Notes under the pieces: generated by a model | Told to the model about the DNA's origin: nothing | The model's database searches: none | What the model saw: the letters and a program-made list of their open reading frames with translations, nothing else | DNA from: Macrostomum lignano | Lineage: Eukaryota | Length of the DNA: 55,845 nucleotides | Direction of reading: 5' to 3' | NCBI GenBank assembly: GCA_002269645.1 | Contig: NIVC01004193.1 | Location: 1-55,845 of the forward strand | In this document: positions 26,601-38,500 of the stretch, piece after piece | Layout: every line of letters begins with the position of its first letter | Numbering within the stretch: the stretch's first letter is position 1 | Position numbers and translations under genes: made by a program

Positions 26601-28844
26601 GTCACGTTGATAGACACACAGCAGCCGAATGCATGCTTGAGAAACATGGACGAGCCGGCACATATAATCTTTCCAGCCGACAGAAATACCTTGCGATCTG
26701 CCAGAATGTCTGCCTCGTCCATGAACTGCGTGCACAGGATAATGGATCTACCGGCCTTGTGATCTTGGAGGATCTGCCACAGATTTCGTCTCGACACCGG
26801 GTCCAGACCGCTCGTTGGCTCGTCCAGGATCACGAGCTTCGGGTTCCCCAACAGGCAAATTATGCTGCACACCTTTCGCATTTGACCTCCGCTCAAGTCC
26901 ATGGCCTGCACGTTCTCCTTGCCGGCGAGTCCCAGCCTCTTCATCATGTCGAGCACCTTTGCGACTTGGCTATCCGGACTGAAACCCTTGGCTACGAGAG
27001 TCAGCTTCATGCTCTCCATCACGGTGAGGTAGTTGCTAAGCACGTCGACCTGTTTGCAGATGCTGACGCTGCCTCTGAGCGCGAGTCGCTGGTACGGATC
27101 CGTCACTCGGTGGCCATTGATGACGGCGACGCCGCGGCTGGGAATCTCCTCGCCCATGAGCACTCGAATGAGCGTAGTCTTTCCCGCTCCGTTGTGTCCG
27201 ATCAGTGCAGTGATCTGTCCCTGGTAGACGGTGCCTGGAGTGCAAATGAGTTTCAAAGGTCCTTTGTTGCTTTTACCCCCAGTTGGATGTGAAAAGCAGC
27301 AGCTAACTCATGCAAGGACACTCACATGTGATGCCCTTCAGAACTGGAGGCTTCTTTGCTTCGCAGCAGCCGGACGGATAAGTCAGGTGAATGTCATCGG
27401 CAATGACCGCCGGAACGCCGACTGTGGGCTCAACGTTGGCCCGCTTGGGCTGCTCGTCAACCATCTCGATGAGCTTCTGCCGATGAGGATTCCAGAAACT
27501 CGGATTGAACGGATACATGAATGGCAGACATAGTCCGTTCCCATTCTTTACTACGAAGTCCAGGTATATAGTAGTTATTATAATAAGAATTGCGAATACG
27601 ATCATATTGATTTGAACGCTGTCAAAAAAGCTTCCGTACGGCTTGAAATACTTGTGAAAGGGAGCCTCTTTTGGTAGTAAATATTTTGTGCCATACTCTA
27701 CGATGCAACCAGGAGGAAATGCTAGAAAAGTGTTAATTGTGCTCAGCGGCTTCTTTTGGAAAATCCAAAGTTTGGCCATTATGATCACTCCACAGCAGAC
27801 GATCTGGATGACAATCATGAGCAGTAGTACGATAAAAAATGATGCAATAAGCGTCGCAAATAAATAGCCGAGAGCAGTCAGAAAAAAGAACATGGCAGCC
27901 ACCGTGATGAAGAAGTTTGTTAATCCGGACGATTCATAATAGCCGGGGCATTGAAATGAGTAGGACATGACTAACAATGTGGCTGGAATCAGCGCCTCGA
28001 TGGCTCCAATGGTCCAGTACACTAACCAATACACTGTTACGGACAGGCCATTGTTGAATACCAGCTGCAGAAAGCCATTCTCTTTTAGATTGCTCATGCT
28101 AGACAGAGACCCGACGGTCGTGTACAAAATGAAGGATGCCAGCACGATGATCATGTGACCCATGAAGTACATTATAAATTTGATAAAAAACGTACCAGAC
28201 TTGCTTGTTCGAGTGCACATGGAATCTGGTTTAGAAATATTTAAACCGACACCGTCGCTCGAGGATCCAAACTTGTCGAAAAATTTAGCAAACATTATAT
28301 CCTTATACAGAGCGGTTTGCGCCTTTGAACTCTTTGCCCTGGCGTATTCGTAGGACTCAAGCGATTGCGACATCGCGTGATAGAGGAACGGGCACAGAAT
28401 CTCAGCATTTTTGTCCTTGAGGCAATAAAGCCGGATCGTTTTATTCTTTCCGTAAATAAAAATGGAGGTTTTTTCACTACTCTTTGCGGAGACAGCCTTT
28501 GCCAGTTGGATTCGACAGTCGTTGATGTCTTTGCAGTCTTTAAACCAAGACCGGCTCTTCGCTTTTCTCAGCTGCATTATTTCAATCAGGGACTTCTTCT
28601 CGCGACTGCTGGTAGGCACAAGAGCTCCGTGAGCCATGGCCACCGACATTTTCAGTTCAGTAAGGCCGTTCGACTTTACGCCGCCCTCCTCCTTGTCCTC
28701 GATGTTCCTGTACAGAAAGAAGTTGAAGAACAGACTGGGTCCTAGCAGTATCCAGAGCAGGAACTTCCAGGACTTGAGGCGCAGTACTAGAAACAGCAGG
28801 TACGCGAACTGAGTTCCGAATGCGCCAGACTGTCCTTCCGCCAT
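23602..28844 (-). CDS. ABCA-subfamily full transporter (ABCA5/6-like), paralog 1, 3 exons (28844-27326, 27234-24090, 23902-23602), 1654 aa
   Basis: TMD1-NBD1-TMD2-NBD2 order. Walker A GHNGAGKTT and GPNGAGKTT, signatures LSGGQ and LSGGN, and TQFMDEADILADRKVFLS.GK..CAGSS.FLK as in the ABCA5/6/8/9/10 group. C-terminal SLDQVF. Both introns are GT-AG and the exons total 4965 nt in frame. Confidence 0.92.
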
Positions 28845-29319
28845 GAAGACGCTGAGCTGCTGTTAGTACACAATTACTGCTCAGGAGATATAGTCGCGGT
28901 TTAATAGCTAGGCTTTAGGCTAGCTAAATTACTTTAGACGGCTTTTAAATCTTTCTATTAGGCACTTTATAGTTTTACTTTTCTGCGGTCATAATTCAAA
29001 AATATTGTCTATGGCCGAACTAAATTTATTGCTTCTACTTGATAATTTGAATTCCTGCATCCATAGTCCGCTTTTCAATGCTGGGACGGATTTTTTTCAT
29101 CAAAATAAACAATTATTGAACACCGCTGCATACCGCCGATGAAAATTACGTACATCGTTATCGGTTAACGATAAATAAAGTGAAGTGTACATGCCTAACT
29201 ATAAATAAAGTTAGGGCCGCTGTACACTCCTGTGTGAGTGTGCCTGTGCGTATGACTGCGTATGACTGCGTACGTATCCGCGCGCTTGTGTGCCTGCTCA
29301 GGGGAGTCGGCGGAATGAT

Positions 29320-29565
29320 ATATTCCTGCACGGTCACGAGTGCGGGAATGACATCTGCACGAGTGCGCGCTAGCGCACGAGTGCACGATGTCCTTCACGC
29401 ACGAGTGAACGTGAAGGAATTCCATTGTCGGATGATTCATCGTGCAGGAATGCACAAAACCGTGCAGGAATGCATTTCTGCGCCTAATGCTTTTTCAGTG
29501 AGATTTTACCATAGACATCCATTCCTGCACGCAAAAGAGTGCAAGAATGCCATTCTTGCATGGAA
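29320..29565. promoter_or_regulatory. Cluster of (C)ATTCCTGCAC/GTGCAGGAATG motifs about 0.5 kb upstream of ABCA paralog 1
   Basis: About seven exact or near copies in both orientations (29322, 29340, 29442, 29462, 29521, 29539, 29552). Function is inferred. Confidence 0.35.
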
Positions 29566-30125
29566 AATCAGCCGACAATGGGCAGTGATGCCTCTCACCG
29601 CTTGTGTGACATGTCGCTTAAAGTTTGCCAGGTGCACAAAGCCCCTGCCTCCAACAACAACTGGTTATGGGGCGTTGTCGCTGAGGGCGTTGAGTCAGGA
29701 TGCCTGTAAAGCTCGCTTGACGAAGAGCAAATAAATGAAAGCAATAATAAACATAAAAGGAAAGAACTATACTGAACAACATTAAGAAATCGCCATCTTT
29801 GAGAGTGCACAGTAAATTCTATAGCTGATTCTATGTAGGAAATTCTCTGGTCATCGAAACAATTAAATTTGTAAACAACACCTGCAGCGAGAGGTCGAGG
29901 CCCACTAGATTTCAGATTGCTCACAAACCGCATCTGAAATCTGAAATCTGAAATCTACTCACCAATCTTTTCGGTGCGAAAAACAACACGAATACATGTA
30001 TGAGCATTAAGGTTTTCATACCAGCTAGAATAACTTCTCGTTCTTTTTTATACTCAATAGAGCAAAATCCATCGAGAAAAGACCAAACGACACCAAACAA
30101 ACTGAATATAGTTATTTTCTTTTAT

Positions 30126-32321
30126 TGATGTAACCACGCTCTGGTCGCGGGATAGGGCATGGGAACTTTTTCGAAAGTGCCTCCTATCCCGTGCACCCCC
30201 CCCCCCTGCACAGAGCTGTCGAGACTCGGCCAGGTCTCCGACTAGGCCTGGAGACTCCCGCTCTGCTGCACCCCCCTGCTGCCTTGGTTCCGTCTCCCCT
30301 GCCGCCACACCTGCCTTTCCGGAGCTCCGTCCCTCTCTGTACCCCCCTCTACCTTATCTCCCCTGCGCTCCACCCTAGTCTTCTTGTACTTTCCCCATCC
30401 CCCCTCTTTTTGTCTCTCTCTGCACTATTTTTCTGCGCTGTCCCCTCTTTCTCTGCGTCTACTTACAGTATTTTGTGTGCTCACCGACCTCCCATCCCTT
30501 CCCAAACTCCCAAACGGTGACGCAAGTCGTGTGACCCCTTCTTCCCCTCGATGACTCATCGACGACTCATCCCCCTCTCTTGCGCAACCTTTTCTCATGC
30601 TATTGTTCTCCTCCCCAAATTTCTCATGCGACACCCACCCCACCTCCGCTTCTATTGTTCTCGTTTTTGATTCTTTTGTTCTCTTTACCCCCACCAATTA
30701 TCACATTTTCTCCGATTTTCTCTTTCTTTTGTTCTCGTTTTCGCACCTAATTATCACCATTTCTCCAATAATTGCTTTTCTATTGTTCTCGATTCTCCCC
30801 AATTATCCCCGATTTCCAATTCTTTTGTTCTCCACCCCAGCCCTATTTTTCTCAATGTTTGCTTGCGCAACACTTTCGCGACCACCCGCTGCGCCAATTA
30901 TCCCCCACCCCACCTCCGGATTGCGCAATTTCCCTATTTCTCATGTTGCTATGCCGGCCTCATGTTTCTCATCATGACTCATTCTGACGTCATTCGGCCG
31001 GCAGCCAATCAGAGAGAGGGAGTCATGGAAACGACCTTGGAGCGGCGGCTGGGAAGGCTATAAAAGAAGGCGATTTTGGGCGTGAGAATACTCAACTTTT
31101 GCCCACCTTCGGGCTCCTAGTCTTTCTTTAGACTTGCCGTCAGACTGAGTTCTGACCCATTCGTCTATAAGACGAATCCCTGCCGGTCCGCGGTCTGTTA
31201 CCGCCAAGTTATCTTCAGCTCCCCAAGTGAGCTCGCCTATCGGCCAGCGGTCTGACACCGCCCAGCATCATCAGCTTCGCCTGATCTACACCAGCGCCTC
31301 GTCGCTTCAGCGCATCGCCGCTTCACTGTCCGCCTGACTGCAGCCTACAGCCGCCCTCGGTCACTCCGCCTCTCTCTCTCTCTCTGTGCAGCTGCCGGTA
31401 AGTTCCTGTTACTGATTTGTGCTCTAATTGCCTTTGCTTATCCGGGGTTTGCCTATTTTCCATTGTCTGATTAGAGAGCTGAGCCAGTTGTGATACCGTA
31501 CCTTTTGCTGTATTTTTACTCAATAGTGAAGCCGCCTAATTGCCTGATTATTTGCCTAAGGGCCTAATTATTAACTATTAACTAACCTCATCATTATTCA
31601 CTCTTTCACCATCATTTCACTCATGGCTTGCTAAGCCTTTCCCCTGGGGTGGCAAAGCATAAGGAAGTTTGGGTAAGCTAATGGCCTTTCCCCGTGCAAA
31701 GCTCGCCTGTGAGTGCGTGCTGCGGGGCCGTGTGTGCGTGCAGTAGAGGGATTAGCGAGTCTTGGCACAGAATGGCAGTAGGAAGGTTGCAACCCCATGC
31801 TGACGCGTCCCTTCGCCCTGAGCAATCTAAACTGGAGACAGTACATGTTCGCCTCATACTACTCTTAGTAATCAAAGTCGCAAGTCAGCCTCGCTCACAG
31901 CCACAAAGGATCCCCTGCTGAGAAATCCTCCAGATTGAGCCCAGAGTTCCCGATCATGCCCCAAGCAGAGTCCCTGTACTCGGCTGCATGTGTCTCCCCT
32001 GTTAGCCTAAATCTCCTGGTAACCATCCCAGGCGGGGCTCTAGCCTCGAGAGGTCTGGTAGAAAGATCCAGGTGCGCCAGGTCACATAGAGTGGTGGCAA
32101 CCAACCAACTATTGCACCTTGGCTACAGGTGGGGTCCATGTGGGTCCTTGGCCCTCTGGTCACAAAGCGCTACCAAAGCTATCAATCATGTGAGCGGGAC
32201 AGTCTGGTGCTGGAGGTCCGTCAGGTCATTGCCCGGTCATAGGCAGCCTACGGTCATTGCCCCCTCTAGTCATGCGTTCGTCCCTCAACGGAGCGGACAG
32301 GCGACAAGGGCGGTTACATCA
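30126..32321 (+). mobile_element. 2.2-kb TG...CA element with 4-bp TSD (probable solo LTR)
   Basis: Termini TGATGTAACC and GGTTACATCA are inverted repeats, flanked by TTAT on both sides (30122-30125, 32322-32325). It has an internal Pol II promoter and no recognisable ORF. Confidence 0.7.
30985..31065 (+). promoter_or_regulatory. CRE - CCAAT - TATA core promoter inside the LTR-like element
   Basis: TGACGTCA at 30985-30992, CCAAT at 31005-31009 and TATAAAA at 31059-31065, in canonical order and spacing. Confidence 0.55.
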
Positions 32322-32503
32322 TTATGTTGATTATTTTTTCATTTAAATATTTGTGAATTGTTAGTATTTTCATAGTAATTATGTGGTATATATATTAGGC
32401 GCGTATATTGTTATTTAAGAATGCGCGAGTTTGAATACGTAACGTCGGTAAAATATTACTTAAACAAAAGTAAAGTTTAAGGCTAGATAAGAATTGAACC
32501 TTT

Positions 32504-35500
32504 TTAAGTATCATCGTGCTCTTTAACCAGCTTCACAAACACCTGGTCCAGCGACATCTGATAAAGACAAAACGTTCGAATTCCCATCTTTTTCTTCTTT
32601 AATAGTATCAGCCGAATTGCTTCTGAGAAGATTTTTACAGCCGATCTCGGTATGACAAACTGCATGCACCGCAGCAGATCCTCCATAACGACGGCGCCTT
32701 TGAATTGTTTCAGAATCATTTTGGTCAGCTTCCGCTTTTTCACGGCCAACTTTGAAGCAGTCTTGGCTTGCATGAGCACGTCGAGGGTGTAGGCTTCCCC
32801 GTGCCTGAATAGAACGGTGGGTTCGTATAATGACTGGGTTGTTAGTCAGATTGCAAGACAAGCTACAGTTAATGCTCAAAGACTACTCAAGTAGAAGGCC
32901 GACGTTTGGGAGCACGAGAATTGTCCGCCGAGCTATTCCTGCCGAGGTTTGCCCTTTATAAAGTCTTTAAAAAAGAGATTTGGGAAACAAAGCGACACGG
33001 CGTACGCATGAATCAAAAGCTCACCGATGTACCACTGCAAGTATATAAAACTGAATACCTACAAGAAAAAATTGAATTTGATATGCAGTTACTATCCAAA
33101 CGTTTTGATCGGGTAAATCTCATAATTAAGATTTGCCAAGCATTGAGGAGGCAATGCAGATATATAATCTGCCGAATGGCTAAAATGCGCTGCAGAAAAA
33201 AAGCATTGCAGGCAAACCTCGGCGAGAAAAAAATCGACGAGAAGATACGTTTCTTGAAAATTTTTGGGAGGCAGGTTTTACCGAAAAATGCACTTCGGAG
33301 ATGGTTTGGGAGACAGGTTTTACCGAAAAATGCACTTCGGAGATGGTTTGGGAGACAGGTTTTACCGAAAAATGCACTTCGGAGATGGTTTAGGAGACAG
33401 GTTTTACCGAAATATGCACTTCGGAGATGGTTTGGGAGACAGGTTTTACCGAAAAATGCACTTCGGAGATGGTTTGGGAGACAGGTTTTACCGAAATATG
33501 CACTTCGGAGATGGTTTGGGAGACAGGTTTTACCGAAAAATGCACTTCGGAGATGGTTTGGGAGACAGGTTTTACCGAAAAATGCACTTCGGAGATGGTT
33601 TGGGAGACAGGTTTTACCGAAATATGCACTTCGGAGATGGTTTGGGAGACAGGTTTTACCGAAAAATGCACTTCGGAGATGGTTTAGTAGACAGGTTTTA
33701 CCGAAATATGCACTTCGGAGATGGTTTGGGAGACAGGTTTTACCGAAAAATGCACTTCGGAGATGGTTTGGGGGACAGGTTTTACCGAAAAATGCACTTC
33801 GGAGATGGTTTGGGAGACAGGTTTTACCGAAAAATGCACTTCGGAGATGGTTTGGGAGACAGGTTTTACCGAAATATGCACTTCGGAGATGGTTTGGGAG
33901 ACAGGTTTTACCGAAATATGCACTTCGGAGATGGTTTGGGAGACAGGTTTTACCGAAATATGCACTTCGGAGATGGTTTAGGAGACAGGTTTTACCGAAA
34001 AATGCACTTCGGAGATGGTTTGGGAGACAGGTTTTACCGAAAAATGCACTTCGGAGATGGTTTGGGAGACAGGTTTTACCGAAATATGCACTTCGGAGAT
34101 GGTTTGGGAGACAGGTTTTACCGAAAAATGCACTTCGGAGATGGTTTGGGAGACAGGTTTTACCGAAAAATGCACTTCGGAGATGGTTTGGGAGACAGGT
34201 TTTACCGAAAAATGCACTTCGGAGATGGTTTGGGAGACAGGTTTTACCGAAAAATGCACTTCGGAGATGGTTTGGGAGACAGGTTTTACCGAAATATGCA
34301 CTTCGGAGATGGTTTGGGAGACAGGTTTTACCGAAATATGCACTTCGGAGATGGTTTGGGAGACAGGTTTTACCGAAATATGCACTTCGGAGATGGTTTA
34401 GGAGACAGGTTTTACCGAAAAATGCACTTCGGAGATGGTTTGGGAGACAGGTTTTACCGAAAAATGCACTTCGGAGATGGTTTGGGAGACAGGTTTTACC
34501 GAAAAATGCACTTCGGAGATGGTTTGGGAGACAGGTTTTACCGAAAAATGCACTTCGGAGATGGTTTGGGAGACAGGTTTTACCGAAAAATGCACTTCGG
34601 AGATGGTTTGGGAGACAGGTTTTACCGAAAAATGCACTTCGGAGATGGTATGGGAGACAGGTTTTACCGAAATATGCACTTCGGAGATGGTTTGGAAGAC
34701 AGGTTTTACCGAAAAATGCACTTCGGAGATGGTTTGGGAGACAGGTTTTACCGAAATATGCACTTCGGAGATGGTTTGGGAGACAGGTTTTACCGAAAAA
34801 TGCACTTCGGAGATGGGCGTTTTTTAGTATCAGCAAAAACATTGTTATTGCTTTTAAAAGAAGGGAGACCCAGTGTTCATTTTTTGATATGTATTGCCTT
34901 TCTTGTAGCTCTATTGATATTCATAAAGCTTTTCGTTTGGAAATTAGGAATTCCTTTTTAGTATTTTTTAAAGTCTAGAACTAGGAAGCACCAGAAAACA
35001 CTGAAAAGTGTTATGCTCACCGGCTGCGCAGCTGCTGCACGGTGCCGAACCCGATCATCAGGCCCTTGTTCATGATGCCGACGCGAGCGCACAGCGCCTC
35101 GACCTCCTCCATGCTGTGCGTGGTGATCATCACCGAGCGTTGCTTGTTCGCCATGCCTCGAATGGCGCCCCAGATGAAGCGCTTGTTCTCCGGATCGACT
35201 CCGGTCGAGGCCTCGTCGATCACCACTAGCGACGGGTTGCCGAGCAGCGCGATGGCCAGACAGAGGCGCCGCTTGTTGCCTCCGGACAGCTGCTCGGCCG
35301 CCTTGTGCTGGTGCGGCTTCAGTCCGAGACCTTCGATGAGTCCGGCGATCTGCGCGCTGCCCAGCTGGTCCGGGATGCCGCGGATCTGCGCGTAGAAGCG
35401 GAGGTGCTCGAACACAGAGATGCTGTTGAACAGCGGGTTGTGCTGCGGACAGTAGCCAATAGCGCCGCATCTGGCGCCGTCTATCCCGGACATCCAAGTG

Positions 35501-38500
35501 CCGCCGAAGTGCACTTCGCTGGTGCCGCTCGAGCTGGCCTCCTCGCCGACAATGATGGACATGCTGGTGGTCTTTCCGGCTCCGTTGGGGCCCAGCAAGC
35601 CGAGAATCTCGCCGGAGAAGGAGCCGAAGGTGGTGCCTCGCACCGCGTGCACTCCGTTCGGATAGATCTTTTGAAGGTCGCGGACTTCGAGCATGTTCAA
35701 TGGGTTCCTTGGCGTCTTGTTAATTCGCTCGGCTTCCAATGGTACGCCAGTGTCTTTTATTGTCTTTTCCAGTTCTGAACCTTTCTCGAGGTCAGGCTTT
35801 TTGAATGCAAGTTTAATACCAGCAGGATTCTCTGCCAATATCAGTAGTAGTACCAGAAGAACACAGTGCACAGGCATCGCAATCAAAGAGACTAAGATAT
35901 TACTGTTGCTAAGATGCAAGTTAGCCAAATTCAGCACGTTGTCGGGGTTTTTCACTTCGAGAAAGTACAACGAGTAGATCATTAATTTCACACTGAGTAG
36001 TATGTAAGCCACTGGCGTGAACTGCGGAAGGAAGCAGATCAGAATGAGCATAGCTGTGCTACTGTTCTGAGCAATGTTGGCAACCACGCCAAGAAACAGA
36101 GCAAAAAAGAAGCAGCTGACAATTACAACCGGGTTGGACTTTTTCATAAGCGCGCTGACAACGTAGACTGACAGCAGACAGCTGGCAGTGCCGAAGATGA
36201 GCACTGGTAGGCACACATTGACAAAGAAGAACTGACTCTGGTACCGGTCCCACACCATGCAGGCAGCTGCGGACAGTAAGAAATAGATCATGTAGTGAGT
36301 CCAGTGCAGGATAAACTTATTCAACCAATAAGCCAGAGACCGCATTCCCATCGACCGCAGCTGTTGACGCACACCGCAGTCCCTGTCCTCAATGGGATCA
36401 TTCAGGTACGTGATCGGCACAATGGAGAACGCTGTTATGAACATGAGCAATTCGTAACTCTTTGTAAATTCGAAGCTCTCAAAAGTATCGAACGTGTATG
36501 CTCGTTTTATAGTAAGATTGGGCGCGTTACTGCGAGGCACAGCCTTGAAGTGTTTTGAAAACTTCAGGTAGATAGTCAGCATGTGTCCGACAGAGATGGC
36601 GGCTGCATTTGGGATGTCAACATCCGGTGGAACCGTGTATTGACCAATGTGCACCTCTCTGACCCGGTTGGAGTCGTTCCTATTCCAAGAGGACGAATGC
36701 AAAATGAAGCAAAACGAAATTCTACACAGCTTTCGTATCGTTTGCAACACGTCGGCTTGCTTTAGAAAGTCCTTCATAGTGACGCTGGGACTTTTAGGAA
36801 TTACTTTCACTTGATTCGCTTCCGGTTCTGTTACGTCAAACATTGCGTTACACTCCTTCGTCACCAGATCTGTAGCGCTTGCGTCATTTTTGTCGCTGTC
36901 GAACACACAGATGCCAAACTGAGTTATCGGATGAAAGTCCTGAACAAGGGTTCGGACCATCGCCTTTGAGCTTTTGCCTCCGATTGCTGCCTGTTGCGCG
37001 TCTGCCTCCTCAGTCCTCTCACTGTCAACCATCGAAGCTACTACTATGACGAGTATTATTGGAAAAAGAAATCGAAGGCTAAACTTGACGCCAAACTTTT
37101 TCTGACGATTGAAGTTCATAGCCAGCAGGGTGCAAAACTGCTGCCGTTGAGTGGCCAAAATCGGCGACTTGGACTCAAAGTTGTACAGCGCGTCATAGTT
37201 TACCGGAACTACGGCCGCTTCTGCTCGCTCAGCTCTGCCAACCTTTCGGAGCTTCTTCGACCTGAATGACGCTTCAATATTTTCCAGATCGATGTGCCGC
37301 AAACGCATAAATATGGTGTCCAGCTGGGCCTGGGAGACTCCAAACGCTTCCACCCACTCTTTGTGCTCCTCCAAAACTTGGATAGCATCTGCTAGGAATT
37401 GCGGTTTGTCGGCTGACACGTTCAGTAGCAGCTCAGTGTGCATCTGGCTCACTAGCTTCACTTTTTTAAGACATTTCACTAGCGGCCGGGCGAACTCAAC
37501 CGATTTCAGGGAAACATTGATAGACACGCAGCAGCCAAATGCGTTTTTCAAAAACATGGACGAGCCGGCACATATAATCTTTCCAGCTGACAGAAATACC
37601 TTGCGATCTGCCAGAATGTCTGCCTCGTCCATGAACTGCGTGCACAGGATAATGGATCTACCGGCCTTGTGATCTTGGAGGATCTGCCACAGATTTCGTC
37701 TCGACACCGGGTCCAGACCGCTCGTTGGCTCGTCCAGGATCACGAGCTTCGGGTTCCCCAACAGGCAAATTATGCTGCACACCTTTCGCATTTGACCTCC
37801 GCTCAAGTCCATGGCCTGCACGTTCTCCTTGCCGGCGAGTCCCAGCCTCTTCATCATGTCGAGCACCTTTGCGACTTGGCTATCCGGACTGAAACCCTTG
37901 GCTACGAGAGTCAGCTTCATGCTCTCCATCACGGTGAGGTATTTGCTGAGCACGTCGACCTGTTTGCAGATGCTGACGCTGCCTCTGAGCGCGAGTCGTT
38001 GGTACGGATCCGTCACTCGGTGGCCGTTGATGACGGCAACGCCGCGGCTGGGAATCTCCTCGCCCATGAGCACTCGAATAAGCGTAGTCTTTCCCGCTCC
38101 GTTGTGTCCGATCAGTGCAGTGATCTGTCCCTGGTAGACGGTGCCTGGAGTGCAAATGAGTTTCAAAGGTCCTTTGTTGCTTTTACCCCCCCCCCCAGTT
38201 GGATGTGAAAAGCAGCAGCTAACTCATGCAAGGACACTCACATGTGATGCCCTTCAGAACTGGAGGCTTCTTTGCTTCGCAGCAGCCGGACGGATAAGTC
38301 AGGTGAATGTCATCGGCAATGACCGCCGGAACGCCGACTGTGGGCTCAACGTTGGCCCGCTTGGGCTGCTCATCAACCATCTCGATGAGCTTCTGCCGAT
38401 GAGGATTCCAGAAGCTCGGATTGAACGGATACATGAAAGGCAGACACAGTCCGTTCCCATTCTTTACTACGAAGTCTAGGTATATCGTCAGTATGATGAA

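Noticed and set aside
27231-27330. Apparent frameshift between the 513-aa and 1056-aa ABCA ORFs (also at 38145-38241)
   Set aside because: Resolved by a phase-1 GTGAGT...CTCCAG intron giving KGITC-TVYQGQ.
24104-27533. Numerous 60-230-aa antisense ORFs over the ABCA and Ig genes
   Set aside because: They are shadow ORFs of GC-rich coding sequence, duplicated only because the sense genes are duplicated.
33262-34816. Regular repeat resembling a CRISPR array
   Set aside because: There are no unique spacers and no cas genes, and the context is a eukaryotic intron. The same applies to the 47-bp and 151-bp arrays.
32906-34978. 690-, 609- and 565-aa ORFs with 14-aa periodicity
   Set aside because: They are artefacts of a stop-free 42-bp array inside ABCA intron 2, open on both strands, with no coding context.
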